From an uncultured delta proteobacterium (GTDB taxonomy: Bacteria; Myxococcota_A; Polyangia; Fen-1088), in assembly GCA_963755125.1 (NCBI GenBank), contig CAVWIP010000015.1:160001-224000 (forward strand): a stretch of DNA of 64,000 nt. The letters are read 5' to 3'. The translations under genes and the position numbers were made by a program. Shown here piece after piece: positions 47,042 through 59,190 of the stretch; the first letter of the stretch is position 1; every line of letters starts with the position of its first letter. A model generated the notes under the pieces. The model did no database searches and was not told the origin of the DNA. It saw only the letters and a list, made by a program, of their open reading frames with translations.

Positions 47042-49147
47042 CTAGTTGTTTACAAACTTCGAGAGCAACCTCACGTACGCCGCTTGGTAGCCCAAATCAG
47101 GCTCGGTGACCTGCCACGAATCGACCGGCCAGCCGTCGTTGAAATCCTTGTACGACTTCATGGGCGGCTGCCCGGCGGGCGGGATTGGGTTCACGCATAG
47201 TGCGTTGTTCGCGGCGGACCCACACCCCGTGGGGCAACAGCTATCCAGTGTGTAGCTCGGATTCGCGCCTCCCACGAGATAGCCGGGCGCGGGTCCGTAC
47301 TTGGACACGCCGACGATGCTCCAATCGGTCCCAGGCGCAAACCACGAATGGTAAAGCGAGGTCACGGAGTTCGAAGCGCCGATCGAGTTGACGTTCGACA
47401 AGAACACTTTCGAGAGCGGGTTGACACCGTGGAAGTAGTGCACGTGGCGCTCGGCGGCCGTCATCGCATCTGTGGTTTTCGCCGAATCGAGTCCGTACGT
47501 CGGGACCAGCGTGAACAACAAGCCCTGCGCGGCTTGGGTCTCATCGCTACCCCACACAAAATCCGCAAGATACGCCACGTAGGCGCCTTTGCTGCCGGTA
47601 TACGCCGGGAAGTTGTCGCCCACATTTAGCCCTGCGAGCACGTTGGTTTTGATCGCAGAAACTACCGCTGCTGTGGCGTGCGTGGCGATGGTGTAAGTGA
47701 GGAGCGCGTCGAGGTCCCCGAGGTGCCACGGACCGACGTAGCCCGCGAGGTTCGATGTCAAGCCGCCCGCATTGTAGTTGGCGTCGAAATAGGTCTGGTA
47801 CGTGGTGCTTCCCGTCGCTGCAAAAAGCCACGCCGACGTGTCCAGCTTGATTTGCGCGAGGGCCGCGGCGGAGACATCCTGTTGGCCCGCGCCAAGCCCG
47901 GAGGTGCCGGACGCCGCATCGTTGTTCTGAAAAAAGACTGCGGGATTTGCCACGGCCCACGTCCAGGCATTTTCGGCGCGAGTCAGAAGATCGGCGGCAT
48001 ACGAGGAGAGTGAAGGAATGTCTTGGAGTACGATCGAGGCGTACGCAAACGCACCCGCGGTGCTCAATGTCGCCGACGTATTGACCTCGCCGTAGAAACA
48101 CTTCGCGTTCGATGCCGAAGGCGGCGACGTTACCACGCCGGTTGTCGGCGGAACTTCGCCCGCGATGCTCAGCACCGATCCATTGGAGCCCGCGCCGTCT
48201 TGCATCTTCTTCATCCAATTGAGTTCCCACATCACCTCGTCCAAGATATCGGGCACGCCGTTGCCCGATTCAGGGATGTTCACATCGTCGGTGAACGCTT
48301 TCGGACTCTCGGCGTACGCGCGCAGAAGTTGGATGACATCGGCGGCCGCCCAATTGGTGTATTTGTTGTAGTCACCCGCATCGAACCAGCCGCCACTGAG
48401 GTCTTGCGGATTGCTTTTCGTGAGAAAATCTTGGCAGGCAGTATCGCCAGGAAAGTCCAACGCGTCCGCCCAATCCGCGCCCGCGTACTGTGCGGTCTTC
48501 GCGATGCCAAAGCGTTGATAGTAGTACATCTTCTGAGCGGCTTTGAATATGTTGGCGTAGACCGTGTCGCTGATCTGAAACGGATACGAGCGCACGTTGT
48601 TGCCGGTATCGACGACGACATAGGTGCCCGGTGTTGTGAGCGCGCTGAACGTGAGCCACCAGGTCTTGTCCCCGGAGCCATGGTTGGTGTCGCTATCGGT
48701 CGCGCCGGCGTTCCATGCGACGGGCGCGCCGCTCCAGACCGTTGCACCCGAATGCACGTCGACGACGGAGAGTGAGGCGCTCGGAGCGAAGGTCGTGGTT
48801 GCATCAAAGCCGGTGACAGGCGTGCGCACCACCGCGATTTTCTCGGCGCCCGTGCGATACCCGAATTGGTCGATCACCAAGAAGGGTGTCGTGGGAATCG
48901 CCTGCGTCGCCGCGTTCCACGGCACACCGACGACTGTCGTATCGCTGGAAGCAAAATCGACGGCACTCGAAACGTCGGGGGACGATGTCGCGGCGGCGAT
49001 GGCGTCCGAGGTGGCGGCATCGAGCGAAGCCCCATCGCCGTGGGCATCGACGCTGGAAGATGACTTGGAGCTAGAACAGGTGAGAAGGGGGAAGCAGACG
49101 ACAACCAGGGTGGGCGAGCGAAGTTTCATCGCGTGAGTAGAAGCCAT
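47042..49147 (-). CDS. Glycoside hydrolase family 9 with N-terminal Ig-like domain (probable lipoprotein)
   Basis: IDQFGY, DLSGGWFDAGDYNKY, ESGNGVPDILDE, C-terminal catalytic E (TEPDLGYQA). Confidence 0.92.
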   Translation of the reverse strand: MASTHAMKLRSPTLVVVCFPLLTCSSSKSSSSVDAHGDGASLDAATSDAIAAATSSPDVSSAVDFASSDTTVVGVPWNAATQAIPTTPFLVIDQFGYRTGAEKIAVVRTPVTGFDATTTFAPSASLSVVDVHSGATVWSGAPVAWNAGATDSDTNHGSGDKTWWLTFSALTTPGTYVVVDTGNNVRSYPFQISDTVYANIFKAAQKMYYYQRFGIAKTAQYAGADWADALDFPGDTACQDFLTKSNPQDLSGGWFDAGDYNKYTNWAAADVIQLLRAYAESPKAFTDDVNIPESGNGVPDILDEVMWELNWMKKMQDGAGSNGSVLSIAGEVPPTTGVVTSPPSASNAKCFYGEVNTSATLSTAGAFAYASIVLQDIPSLSSYAADLLTRAENAWTWAVANPAVFFQNNDAASGTSGLGAGQQDVSAAALAQIKLDTSAWLFAATGSTTYQTYFDANYNAGGLTSNLAGYVGPWHLGDLDALLTYTIATHATAAVVSAIKTNVLAGLNVGDNFPAYTGSKGAYVAYLADFVWGSDETQAAQGLLFTLVPTYGLDSAKTTDAMTAAERHVHYFHGVNPLSKVFLSNVNSIGASNSVTSLYHSWFAPGTDWSIVGVSKYGPAPGYLVGGANPSYTLDSCCPTGCGSAANNALCVNPIPPAGQPPMKSYKDFNDGWPVDSWQVTEPDLGYQAAYVRLLSKFVNN

Positions 49148-49345
49148 GAATCTACCGCGCGCAATGGCAGAATCGTTCGGTCTGGGTGAGAGCAGCCGAT
49201 GCCCTCCACGTTGCGTGCAGGTCAACGACACGTTTACGACTATGTCATCGTGGGGTGGTGGAGCAAGGTGGTGTGGAAACTCAGGATGGTCGACTCCTGG
49301 CCGTCATGCCGGGTAGAACCTGGCCATCGACGCCGCGAAGTCAAA

Positions 49346-50608
49346 CTAGGAACCGATGAGGGGAGTGCTGGGCGGGCTGCCGCGTCCGATCAGATCGAGC
49401 AGACGTTTGACCATCTGGTCGAAGGTGGTCCGCCTCTCGTTGTCGGTTGCCAGTGGACGGTACAGGCGCCCACCCGCCATGGTGCCGTGACCCCCGGCTG
49501 CGCCCTCCGAGCTGATGAGCTGTCTCATCAACGTGCCGGCTCGGCGTTCGCTGGGCTCGGTGCGCAGCGACAGGAAGAAGCGATCGCCGTAGCAACCGCA
49601 GCAGAGGACAAAGTGCGCCCCTTCCCACGCGAGCAGCAGGTCCGCGACCTCGGCCACCAGATCGGGGTAGGCGATGCTGCCCATATTGACGGCAATCAGA
49701 TCGCCCCAGATCTGCGCCGAGCGGAGCGCGCGGTCCAGTGCCGAGAAGTGCTCGCGTGGCACCTTGGGCTGTGAGATCCGCGAGAGCAGATGGAAATCCA
49801 CCAACGGAAAAAGAAACAAGTACGCCACGCGCTCGGCGTGGGTGGCCTCACGGCCCAGATCGCGCGTTTCGGCCCGCAGGGCGTAGAACAGCGCGGTGGC
49901 CAGTGGCGCGTCGAGCGGCACCTTCATGGCTCGCAGATACTCGACAACGATGGTCGAGGTGGCGCCCAGCTCAGGCCGAATATCGCGCCAGGGCACCTGC
50001 GCGCTCTCCTGATGCGCCGGGTGATGATCGATGACCACGTCGATAGGTCGGCCCGCTGGCAGCGAGTTGTTGCCGGTGCCCGGTTGGCTGTCGACGATGG
50101 CCAGGGCATCGTAGGCGGCCGGATCCAGAGCGTCGCTTGCCACCAGCGGGATCGCGAGGGTTTCCACCATGGCGCGGTTCTCGGCACGGCCCACGATGCC
50201 TCCCAGCACCGGGGTGGCCTTGATTGGCAGGACGTGCTCGACCAGACGCTTTAGCCCGAACGCGGATGCCAAGGCATCGGGGTCCGGGTTGTCGTGCATG
50301 TAGATGAGCAGGTCGTGCCGCCCCCGCAAACGCGCCAGCGCCGGCCCCAGGTCGAAATCAAACACGTCCAGTTCGGGCGGAACCTCGGCCGGGTCGTCGT
50401 TGCGTGCGTCGCCCGCCACCCAGTGGGTGGCATCGTCAGACGAATTGCCGCGTGGGGAGCCCGCCGGCTCTGCCAGCGCCGCGCGTGGCGCACCACCGCG
50501 GGAGGGTTTGGCGAGGCCGAGCGAAGCGAGCGGGGTGGGGGTGGACGTGGGGGGCCGAAGGGCGGAGCGAACCCTTTGAGGGTTCCCATGTGAATTCTTG
50601 CCCGGCAT
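49346..50608 (-). CDS. DHH-family phosphoesterase with repeat-derived N-terminal extension
   Basis: HDNPDPDA, IDHH, GATSTI, AGGH..MAGG. Confidence 0.9.
   Translation of the reverse strand: MPGKNSHGNPQRVRSALRPPTSTPTPLASLGLAKPSRGGAPRAALAEPAGSPRGNSSDDATHWVAGDARNDDPAEVPPELDVFDFDLGPALARLRGRHDLLIYMHDNPDPDALASAFGLKRLVEHVLPIKATPVLGGIVGRAENRAMVETLAIPLVASDALDPAAYDALAIVDSQPGTGNNSLPAGRPIDVVIDHHPAHQESAQVPWRDIRPELGATSTIVVEYLRAMKVPLDAPLATALFYALRAETRDLGREATHAERVAYLFLFPLVDFHLLSRISQPKVPREHFSALDRALRSAQIWGDLIAVNMGSIAYPDLVAEVADLLLAWEGAHFVLCCGCYGDRFFLSLRTEPSERRAGTLMRQLISSEGAAGGHGTMAGGRLYRPLATDNERRTTFDQMVKRLLDLIGRGSPPSTPLIGS
50449..50589 (-). repeat. Palindromic repeat, copy B (141 nt), inside the DHH gene 5' coding region
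   Basis: Matches 19550-19624 with +57 and +9 nt indels; the insert contains GCTCGCTTCGCTCG. Confidence 0.85.
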
Positions 50609-50619
50609 GACGATCCGTT

Positions 50620-51276
50620 CTACCTCGCAGGGCGGATGCGCAGGTTGTCGAAGTAGACATCCGCCTCCCAGTCGTCGATTGCGAAGAACTCGTGACCCGG
50701 ACCGGCAAGCGGCGCGGGATCGGTCCACGCCAGAAAGGGCGCGCCGTCGAGCTTCCAGTCAATCAGGCCGCCCTGGCGTGTGATGGTGAAATGGTAGGTG
50801 CGGCCCATCTCCACCGGCGGGGGCTGCCCGGGTTCCCGCCTCTTTGCGGCCTTGACGGCGTCATCGTGCTCGCCCAGCCGGCCGATGATGCTGTCGCTGT
50901 TGTTCCATCCACCCAGAATGACCACGTAGCTGGTGGGGTCATAGCGTCCCTTGTCCGGGTCGAAGGACTCGCCATCGCCGTAGAGCTCGACCTTGATGTC
51001 GCCGGCCGGGCTTTTCGACATGACATCGAAATCGATGACCACGTCGCGGGGTAGCTTGCGCCGCAGCCAGATGGGATGATTATAGGCGCGCGTCACGGCC
51101 AGCTTGCCATCAGCGATGCGGTAGGCACCGCCGCTGGTGTCCAGCCAGTCTGGGCCTGGCTCGGCCCGATCGAAGTCATCCGCAAACGGCGACGCAATCA
51201 CGGGCACCCGGGCCTTGCATCCAAGGGCGGCCAGGGCGGCGACGGCCAGCGAAGCAATTGCCAATCTGTGCTGCAC
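50620..51276 (-). CDS. Lipoprotein with beta-sandwich (ConA-like) domain
   Basis: Lipobox ALGC; F.DDFDR...FDNLRI pattern. Confidence 0.75.
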   Translation of the reverse strand: MQHRLAIASLAVAALAALGCKARVPVIASPFADDFDRAEPGPDWLDTSGGAYRIADGKLAVTRAYNHPIWLRRKLPRDVVIDFDVMSKSPAGDIKVELYGDGESFDPDKGRYDPTSYVVILGGWNNSDSIIGRLGEHDDAVKAAKRREPGQPPPVEMGRTYHFTITRQGGLIDWKLDGAPFLAWTDPAPLAGPGHEFFAIDDWEADVYFDNLRIRPAR

Positions 51277-51378
51277 GAAGGCTACGCGGGGAACCCTACC
51301 GGGTTGCGGGCCAGTCCGCAACATGGGCTACGGACAATAGAATTATCTGTTCCAGATCAAGTAGTTGAAAACCATATT

Positions 51379-52299
51379 TCAACCACTTCCGAGCTTTTCG
51401 TAGAGCAGGCCCCACCGGATGCCGCGGTCGCTGACCAGCACTTGAGCTGCCCCGAGTCGTCGCACGATTTCGCAAAGGATGATGGCACCACTCAGGATCA
51501 CGTCGGCGCGTCTTGGATCGAGACCGGCCATGGCCTCGCGTTCCTTCTGGGTGGATGCACACAGGCGCTCGATCTGCCTGTCCAGTGCCGGCAGGGTCAA
51601 TCGATAGCCATGAACCAGCCTGGGGTCGTAGTTCTGCAGATCCTGCATCATGGCGGCCAGGGTCGTGACTGTCCCGGCAACCCCCACCAGGCACGGCTGG
51701 TCTGCCTCGGAAGGGAAGGGCATTTCGGCCAGATGGCCGACAACCTCGGCGCGCACGGCTGCGACTTCATCGGCAAGGGCCGGGTCGTGATGGATGTGAC
51801 GTTCCGTGAGACGGACAGACCCAAGGGGTAGGCTGCGGCAAGACTCGACCACCCCCCGGCGCGCGACGACAATTTCCGTGGACCCGCCCCCAATGTCGAC
51901 GACCATCATGGTTTGCGAGGCGGCCTCGGGAAAGGACAGCCTTGCAGCCAGGAAGGTCAAGGCGGCCTCACGCTCACCGTTGATGACCTCAACCGGCGTG
52001 TCTAGCAGGGCCGCGGCACGACAAAGGAAATCGGCTGCGTTGGGCGCCCGGCGCAGCGCCTCGGTGCCGATGGCGAAGATGGGTGCTTCGTGCACGCGTG
52101 CCAGTACCGCGTAGCCGGAGAGCACGGCCAAGGTGCGGTCGATTCCCTCTTGCCCCAGCCGACCGTTGGTGCCGATGCCGCGACCGAGCCGCGTGATCTC
52201 GGCGCGGTCTTCCAGCACGGCGATCGTCCCGCCGCTCGCCTCCGCGACCAGCAGCAGGGTCGTGTTGGTTCCGATGTCGATGGTGGCGACGCGGCTCAT
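51379..52299 (-). CDS. ppx: Ppx/GppA phosphatase
   Basis: IDIGTNT, DIGGGSTE, GSVRLTE, RADVI..G. Confidence 0.93.
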   Translation of the reverse strand: MSRVATIDIGTNTTLLLVAEASGGTIAVLEDRAEITRLGRGIGTNGRLGQEGIDRTLAVLSGYAVLARVHEAPIFAIGTEALRRAPNAADFLCRAAALLDTPVEVINGEREAALTFLAARLSFPEAASQTMMVVDIGGGSTEIVVARRGVVESCRSLPLGSVRLTERHIHHDPALADEVAAVRAEVVGHLAEMPFPSEADQPCLVGVAGTVTTLAAMMQDLQNYDPRLVHGYRLTLPALDRQIERLCASTQKEREAMAGLDPRRADVILSGAIILCEIVRRLGAAQVLVSDRGIRWGLLYEKLGSG

Positions 52300-52320
52300 G
52301 GTCTGGCCTGGGAAGTGGGT

Positions 52321-53652
52321 TCAGCGGCTTTCGGCCGGCGGCGGACCGAACGACGGGCCGCGGGCGCTGCCCTTCCAGATCTGGAATTCCAGCTTGGTCT
52401 GCGGATTCATGGCAAACAGGCCCCCGCGGCTGGAGGCATAGACGATCAGGCGGCAGTCCGGCGACCAGGTCGGATCCTCGTTTGAGCCCTGGTTTTGGGT
52501 CATGCGCTCGATTTTCCCGGTGCGCAGGTCGTAGGTGAAGATGTCGAAGACCAGTCGCTCGTCGCGGCCGGTGAACGCGATGATGGGCGTGTCGGCACGC
52601 GGGCAGAAACGCGGGGTCTGGTTGTAGGTGCCCTGGAAGGTCAGCCGGCGCGCGCTGCCGCCCGAGGAGGGCATGAGAAAGATCTGTGGCGTGCCCTGGC
52701 GGTCGGAGACGAACGCGATCTTGGAGCCGTCCGGCGACACGCTGGCCGAAAGATCGATAGAGGGCGAGTTGGTCAGCCGCGCCTGCACGCTTCCGTCGGC
52801 GGCCGAGATCTTGTACAGTTCGGCATTACCCTCGAAGGACAGCGTCGCAACCAGCGAGCCGCCGCCAGGAAACCACGCAGCGCCCGAATTCAGCCCGGGA
52901 CGCTTCGAAATGCGGGTTGCTCGGCCACCGCCAGCCGGCACCAGCCATAGATCGTTGCCGCCAAGCAGGAACGAGGTGAAGGCGATCTGGCCGCCGCTGG
53001 GCGAGTAGGCGGGCAGCAGGCAGGGGGAATTCATGTGGGTCAGCACCGACAGCTCGGCGCCGTCCATGCCGACGCTGGCGATCTCGCGGCTCTTGCCGGT
53101 CATGGCAAAGGCGATGCGCGCCCCGAACACGCCGCGTTGGCCGGTGAACTGGGCGATGACGTCGTTGGCCCAGGCGTGGACCAGCGCGCGCAGTTCGGCC
53201 CCGTGGTAGTTCTTGTTGAGCACGGGCGATTCCCCGCGGCCCACCTGATACAGGCGGCCTTCCAGCACCAGGCCGTTTCCCTGGTGTGTAACGCCCATCT
53301 TGGCCACGCCCTGCGCCCCGACTTCAGACCAGAGTGCCGACGAGAACCCCATGCCCTCTTTTTGTAGGGTGTCGGGGAAAGAAACCGGGTCGAGCACGCG
53401 AAACAGGCCGGTGATCGACATGTCCCGCTGCTCGATCTCGGTGGCCGACCGGGCCAGGTTCCTTTCACCGACCGCTTCGGGCAGGGCCAGACGGAAGAGG
53501 TCGCGGCTGGGATCGCTGATCACGATGCGCGGCAGCTCGTCGACGTCGCCCGGGCCAGGTTCGGCCGGCGACTGCGCCTGGGCCGGCAGTGCCGCGGCAA
53601 GAATCAGCGCTACGGCGACAAGTCCGTAACCTGTGAGCGGGTGCTTCCTCAT
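52321..53652 (-). CDS. tolB: TolB
   Basis: Signal peptide, TolB-N domain, PD40 repeats (SPDG.KIAF.SDR). Confidence 0.9.
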   Translation of the reverse strand: MRKHPLTGYGLVAVALILAAALPAQAQSPAEPGPGDVDELPRIVISDPSRDLFRLALPEAVGERNLARSATEIEQRDMSITGLFRVLDPVSFPDTLQKEGMGFSSALWSEVGAQGVAKMGVTHQGNGLVLEGRLYQVGRGESPVLNKNYHGAELRALVHAWANDVIAQFTGQRGVFGARIAFAMTGKSREIASVGMDGAELSVLTHMNSPCLLPAYSPSGGQIAFTSFLLGGNDLWLVPAGGGRATRISKRPGLNSGAAWFPGGGSLVATLSFEGNAELYKISAADGSVQARLTNSPSIDLSASVSPDGSKIAFVSDRQGTPQIFLMPSSGGSARRLTFQGTYNQTPRFCPRADTPIIAFTGRDERLVFDIFTYDLRTGKIERMTQNQGSNEDPTWSPDCRLIVYASSRGGLFAMNPQTKLEFQIWKGSARGPSFGPPPAESR

Positions 53653-53660
53653 GTTTCTCC

Positions 53661-54392
53661 TTAGCGAGTCAGTTCCTTGCCTTCGAAAACCAGGGTGAAG
53701 CCGCGCTTGAAGCCGGCCGGGGGAGGCGGAACCCGACCGGTGGCTTTCACCGCCTGCATGCAAGAATCGTCGAAGTACTGGTTGCCTGACGGCTTGGTCA
53801 CCCGGGGATTGGCGAGCACACCGTCGGCGGAGATCGAGATTCTCACGTCGGCGGAGAGTGCCGCCAACTCGCTGTCAGAGACGAACCCGGTGGGCGTGGA
53901 CCAGTGCTTGTGTACGGCATCGTTGATAGCCGTGGCGTACTCGTCGCCGCTCACCGCATGGTTGGAGGTGCCTTCGGCTGACCCGGTGAGCGAGCCTTCG
54001 GCGGCTTCCTCGGCCGCGGCATTTTGGGCCAGGGCCTTGGCGCGTTCGAGGGCGCGGCGCAGATCCTTAGAGATGGTCGCGTCCTCGAGCTTGGGCGCTT
54101 CTTTGGGAGCGGGCAGGGCATTGGGATCGTCGGTGACCTTGATGGCATCCGGCGCCTTGGGCTTGGGCGGCTGCACGATGCGCGGCAGCCAGAACTTGTC
54201 ACGGGGCTTTCCCAGCGCCACCAGCCTGGTCACGATCATGTCGCGCGGGGCCTCGGGCCGCGGCGCCGTCTTGAGGTGGCCGTAGTACACTAGGACGACC
54301 AGCAAGGCATGGATCAGCAACGTGGCCGCGATGCCCCCCAGGAAGGTTCCGCGGCCGAGCGGCCGGATGCGGGAGTAAGCGGATACCTGCAT
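53661..54392 (-). CDS. tolA: TolA/TonB C-terminal domain protein
   Basis: N-terminal TM with H, Pro/Lys linker, SGN..FD.S...AV. Confidence 0.8.
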   Translation of the reverse strand: MQVSAYSRIRPLGRGTFLGGIAATLLIHALLVVLVYYGHLKTAPRPEAPRDMIVTRLVALGKPRDKFWLPRIVQPPKPKAPDAIKVTDDPNALPAPKEAPKLEDATISKDLRRALERAKALAQNAAAEEAAEGSLTGSAEGTSNHAVSGDEYATAINDAVHKHWSTPTGFVSDSELAALSADVRISISADGVLANPRVTKPSGNQYFDDSCMQAVKATGRVPPPPAGFKRGFTLVFEGKELTR

Positions 54393-54393
54393 A

Positions 54394-54807
54394 CTATTCG
54401 AGCGGATCGGTGATGAGACCCATCTTGTCGCCGCCGGCGAGCTTGATGGCGGCCATGACCTTGACCACGTCGCCGTAGGACAGGGCTTTGTCGGCGTGCA
54501 GGTAGGCTTCGCGGTCGGCCTGCAGCTTGGCGTTGGCGCGCAGCTTGTTCTCCACATCGGCGAATGGGATCTCCATGCGCCCGATGTATACGCGTTTCTC
54601 CTTGGTCACGGTGACGATCAGCTTGCCGGTGTCGTCGGGAATGGTCTGTGCCTTGGCGTCGGGGAGCTGCACGTCCACTCCGGTCTGCAGCATGGGCGCG
54701 GTGACCATGAACACGATGAGCAAGACCAGCATCACGTCCACCAAGGGGGTGACGTTGATGTCCGACAGGGTTCCGGTTTCGCGCCCGCCGCCTGCGCTCA
54801 TGGCCAT
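54394..54807 (-). CDS. tolR: TolR/ExbD
   Basis: INVTPLVDVMLVLLIVFMVTAP. Confidence 0.93.
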   Translation of the reverse strand: MAMSAGGGRETGTLSDINVTPLVDVMLVLLIVFMVTAPMLQTGVDVQLPDAKAQTIPDDTGKLIVTVTKEKRVYIGRMEIPFADVENKLRANAKLQADREAYLHADKALSYGDVVKVMAAIKLAGGDKMGLITDPLE

Positions 54808-54809
54808 GG

Positions 54810-55532
<723 letters not shown>

Positions 55533-55606
55533 CGGAGGAGACTCCTTTCCGACCTTGTTCTGGGACGGAACTTGTTTTTAGCTGTTATAAACCGACCAGG
55601 GATTCC

Positions 55607-56098
55607 ATGGCTCGAATTGTAGCTTTGCTTTTCGCGTTGGCAGCCACGGGATGCGTCTCCATCGATGGGGGCGCTGCCGAGGCGAGCTGGGACATCCAGG
55701 CCCTCGACGGACGTGGCATCGCGGATTGCAGCTGCACCTGCCCAGAGGTTGCCAAGGTTCGCTTCAGCGTCGTGCCCGCGGCGGGCGGCGCTGACCTGTG
55801 TGCCGGGCGAGCGGCCTGCCAGTTCCCATGTCGGGCCAAGCACGGGGCAACGCCGTTTGACATTCCCCCCGGCGACTACGCGCTGTCTCTGGTGCCCCAG
55901 GGCGCCGATGGCCAGGATCTGATCGGCACGGTCGTCCAGGACGCGGGCCCCACCTGCTCGGCACAAAGCGGCGTGGCGCCGACTTTACGTAGCATCGGAA
56001 AGGGACAGCTCACCCAACTGAACGCCGTCGTCATTCAGGCAGACTGTGCGCCGGTTTGTGGGGGCTCTGATAGCACCACGGTTTGCACCAAGCCGTGA
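55607..56098 (+). CDS. Cys-rich lipoprotein, hypothetical
   Basis: Lipobox ATGC. Confidence 0.7.
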   Translation: MARIVALLFALAATGCVSIDGGAAEASWDIQALDGRGIADCSCTCPEVAKVRFSVVPAAGGADLCAGRAACQFPCRAKHGATPFDIPPGDYALSLVPQGADGQDLIGTVVQDAGPTCSAQSGVAPTLRSIGKGQLTQLNAVVIQADCAPVCGGSDSTTVCTKP

Positions 56099-56184
56099 AG
56101 ACTTGCCACATCAACTAGGCTCTTCCAGGCAGCGGCATCAGCGGGCGTCCATGGCGGCCAGCCCATGGTAGCCTGCATCCCTCG

Positions 56185-56907
56185 ATGGCGTTCCCGAGTT
56201 CCTCCTACCCGATGCCGCCTTGGCTAAGGCCGCTGGCGCAGCGTATGTCGCCCACCATCCGTACGCTGGTGGTGGCGCTGGCGGTGCCGTGGCTGTTCTA
56301 CATCCTGGTGAAACCGGCGCGTAGCTTGATGGATGACTACCTGGCTCTGGGGCCGGGGGTCCTCCGGGGACAGGTCTGGCAGATCGTCACTGCGCTTTTC
56401 GTGGATCGGAATCCGCTGGCGTTTCTCAACCTCCTCGGCCTGTGGTTCGTGGGCGCAGCCATCGAACGCACCCTGGGCCGCCGCCGCTTCCTCGTGGTCT
56501 TCTTCGCGCCAGGCTTGGCATCCAATCTCGTGATTGCGCTGCTGTCGATTTGGTGGGGCCGGTGGGCGCTGTATTCGGGATGTGGGGACTCGGTGCTGGG
56601 ACTGTTCGTCGGACTGGCGGTTCTCTACGGCCCAGCTCAGGTGCGGGTGATCGGAACCATGGCCATGCCGGCGCGGGCCCTGGCTGGCATTTTCGTTGGT
56701 CTCGCGCTTGTCGGTGCAGCGGCCTACGGCGCATGGCCTGCCGTGGGCGGAACCCTGGTGGCCGTGGGCATGGCTTACCGTCTCTGCGGGGGGCGCGGCC
56801 GGGACCTGGGCGAACTCGTGTCCTGGTTGCAGCGCAAGATCGGGCGACGTCGCTGGCGGGTTATCGAGGGCGGCAAGCCGGGCAAGCGCGCGGACCGGCT
56901 CAACTAG
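56185..56907 (+). CDS. Rhomboid-like membrane protein (catalytic residues not evident)
   Basis: GQVWQIVTALF, NL..LWF.G..IE..LG.RRF; canonical GxSG/H not intact. Confidence 0.75.
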   Translation: MAFPSSSYPMPPWLRPLAQRMSPTIRTLVVALAVPWLFYILVKPARSLMDDYLALGPGVLRGQVWQIVTALFVDRNPLAFLNLLGLWFVGAAIERTLGRRRFLVVFFAPGLASNLVIALLSIWWGRWALYSGCGDSVLGLFVGLAVLYGPAQVRVIGTMAMPARALAGIFVGLALVGAAAYGAWPAVGGTLVAVGMAYRLCGGRGRDLGELVSWLQRKIGRRRWRVIEGGKPGKRADRLN

Positions 56908-56960
56908 TCGATACATCAGACTCCTGGTTTGCAACTGTCCCGAGCACCACGTAGAACTGC

Positions 56961-58636
<1,676 letters not shown>

Positions 58637-58719
58637 GTGTTGCCTTCGGCTTTTCGTCCGCCATGGACAGCCACCGCATCTTTGGGTAGGGTACTGGACA
58701 TCTGTTCACGGTGTGCCGA

Positions 58720-59184
58720 TGACATCATCGGCGACTGGCAGACTCCGTTGGATCTGGCGCGGGAAGTGGTCGAGATCGTTCGGCACAATACGCCCAATCT
58801 GGCCTCCGTGCTGGAGCCGACTTGCGGCCAAGGGGCATTCTTGGACGCCGCAGCGTCGGTTTTCCCCTTGGCAACTCTTGCGGGGTTTGATGTGTCCGAA
58901 TCATACGTGCAAGCGGCGCGAGAGCGAATTCCGAACGACAGGGCGACGGTCGAGGGCGCAGACTTCTTCAAGGTGCGATGGGAGCGGGTCATCGAACGTT
59001 TGCGCGAGCCTTCCTGATCATTGGCAACCCTCCTTGGGTCACCAACTCAGCCCTCGGCGTGCTAGACGCCGGCATCAGCAAGGCGTTGCTACAGTCGCTC
59101 TCTCTTGAAGCCTTGTTACGGGCCGAGGGGCGCCTGCCACCCCCGAAGGCCTTGGGGTCGCAGCAGCACACGCTGGCGTTTTGA
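58720..59184 (+). pseudogene. Decayed amino-DNA methyltransferase
   Basis: GDWQTP, VLEPTCGQGAFL, ADFF; frameshift at about 59010 before LIIGNPPW; ends soon after. Confidence 0.8.
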
Positions 59185-59190
59185 CCCAGG

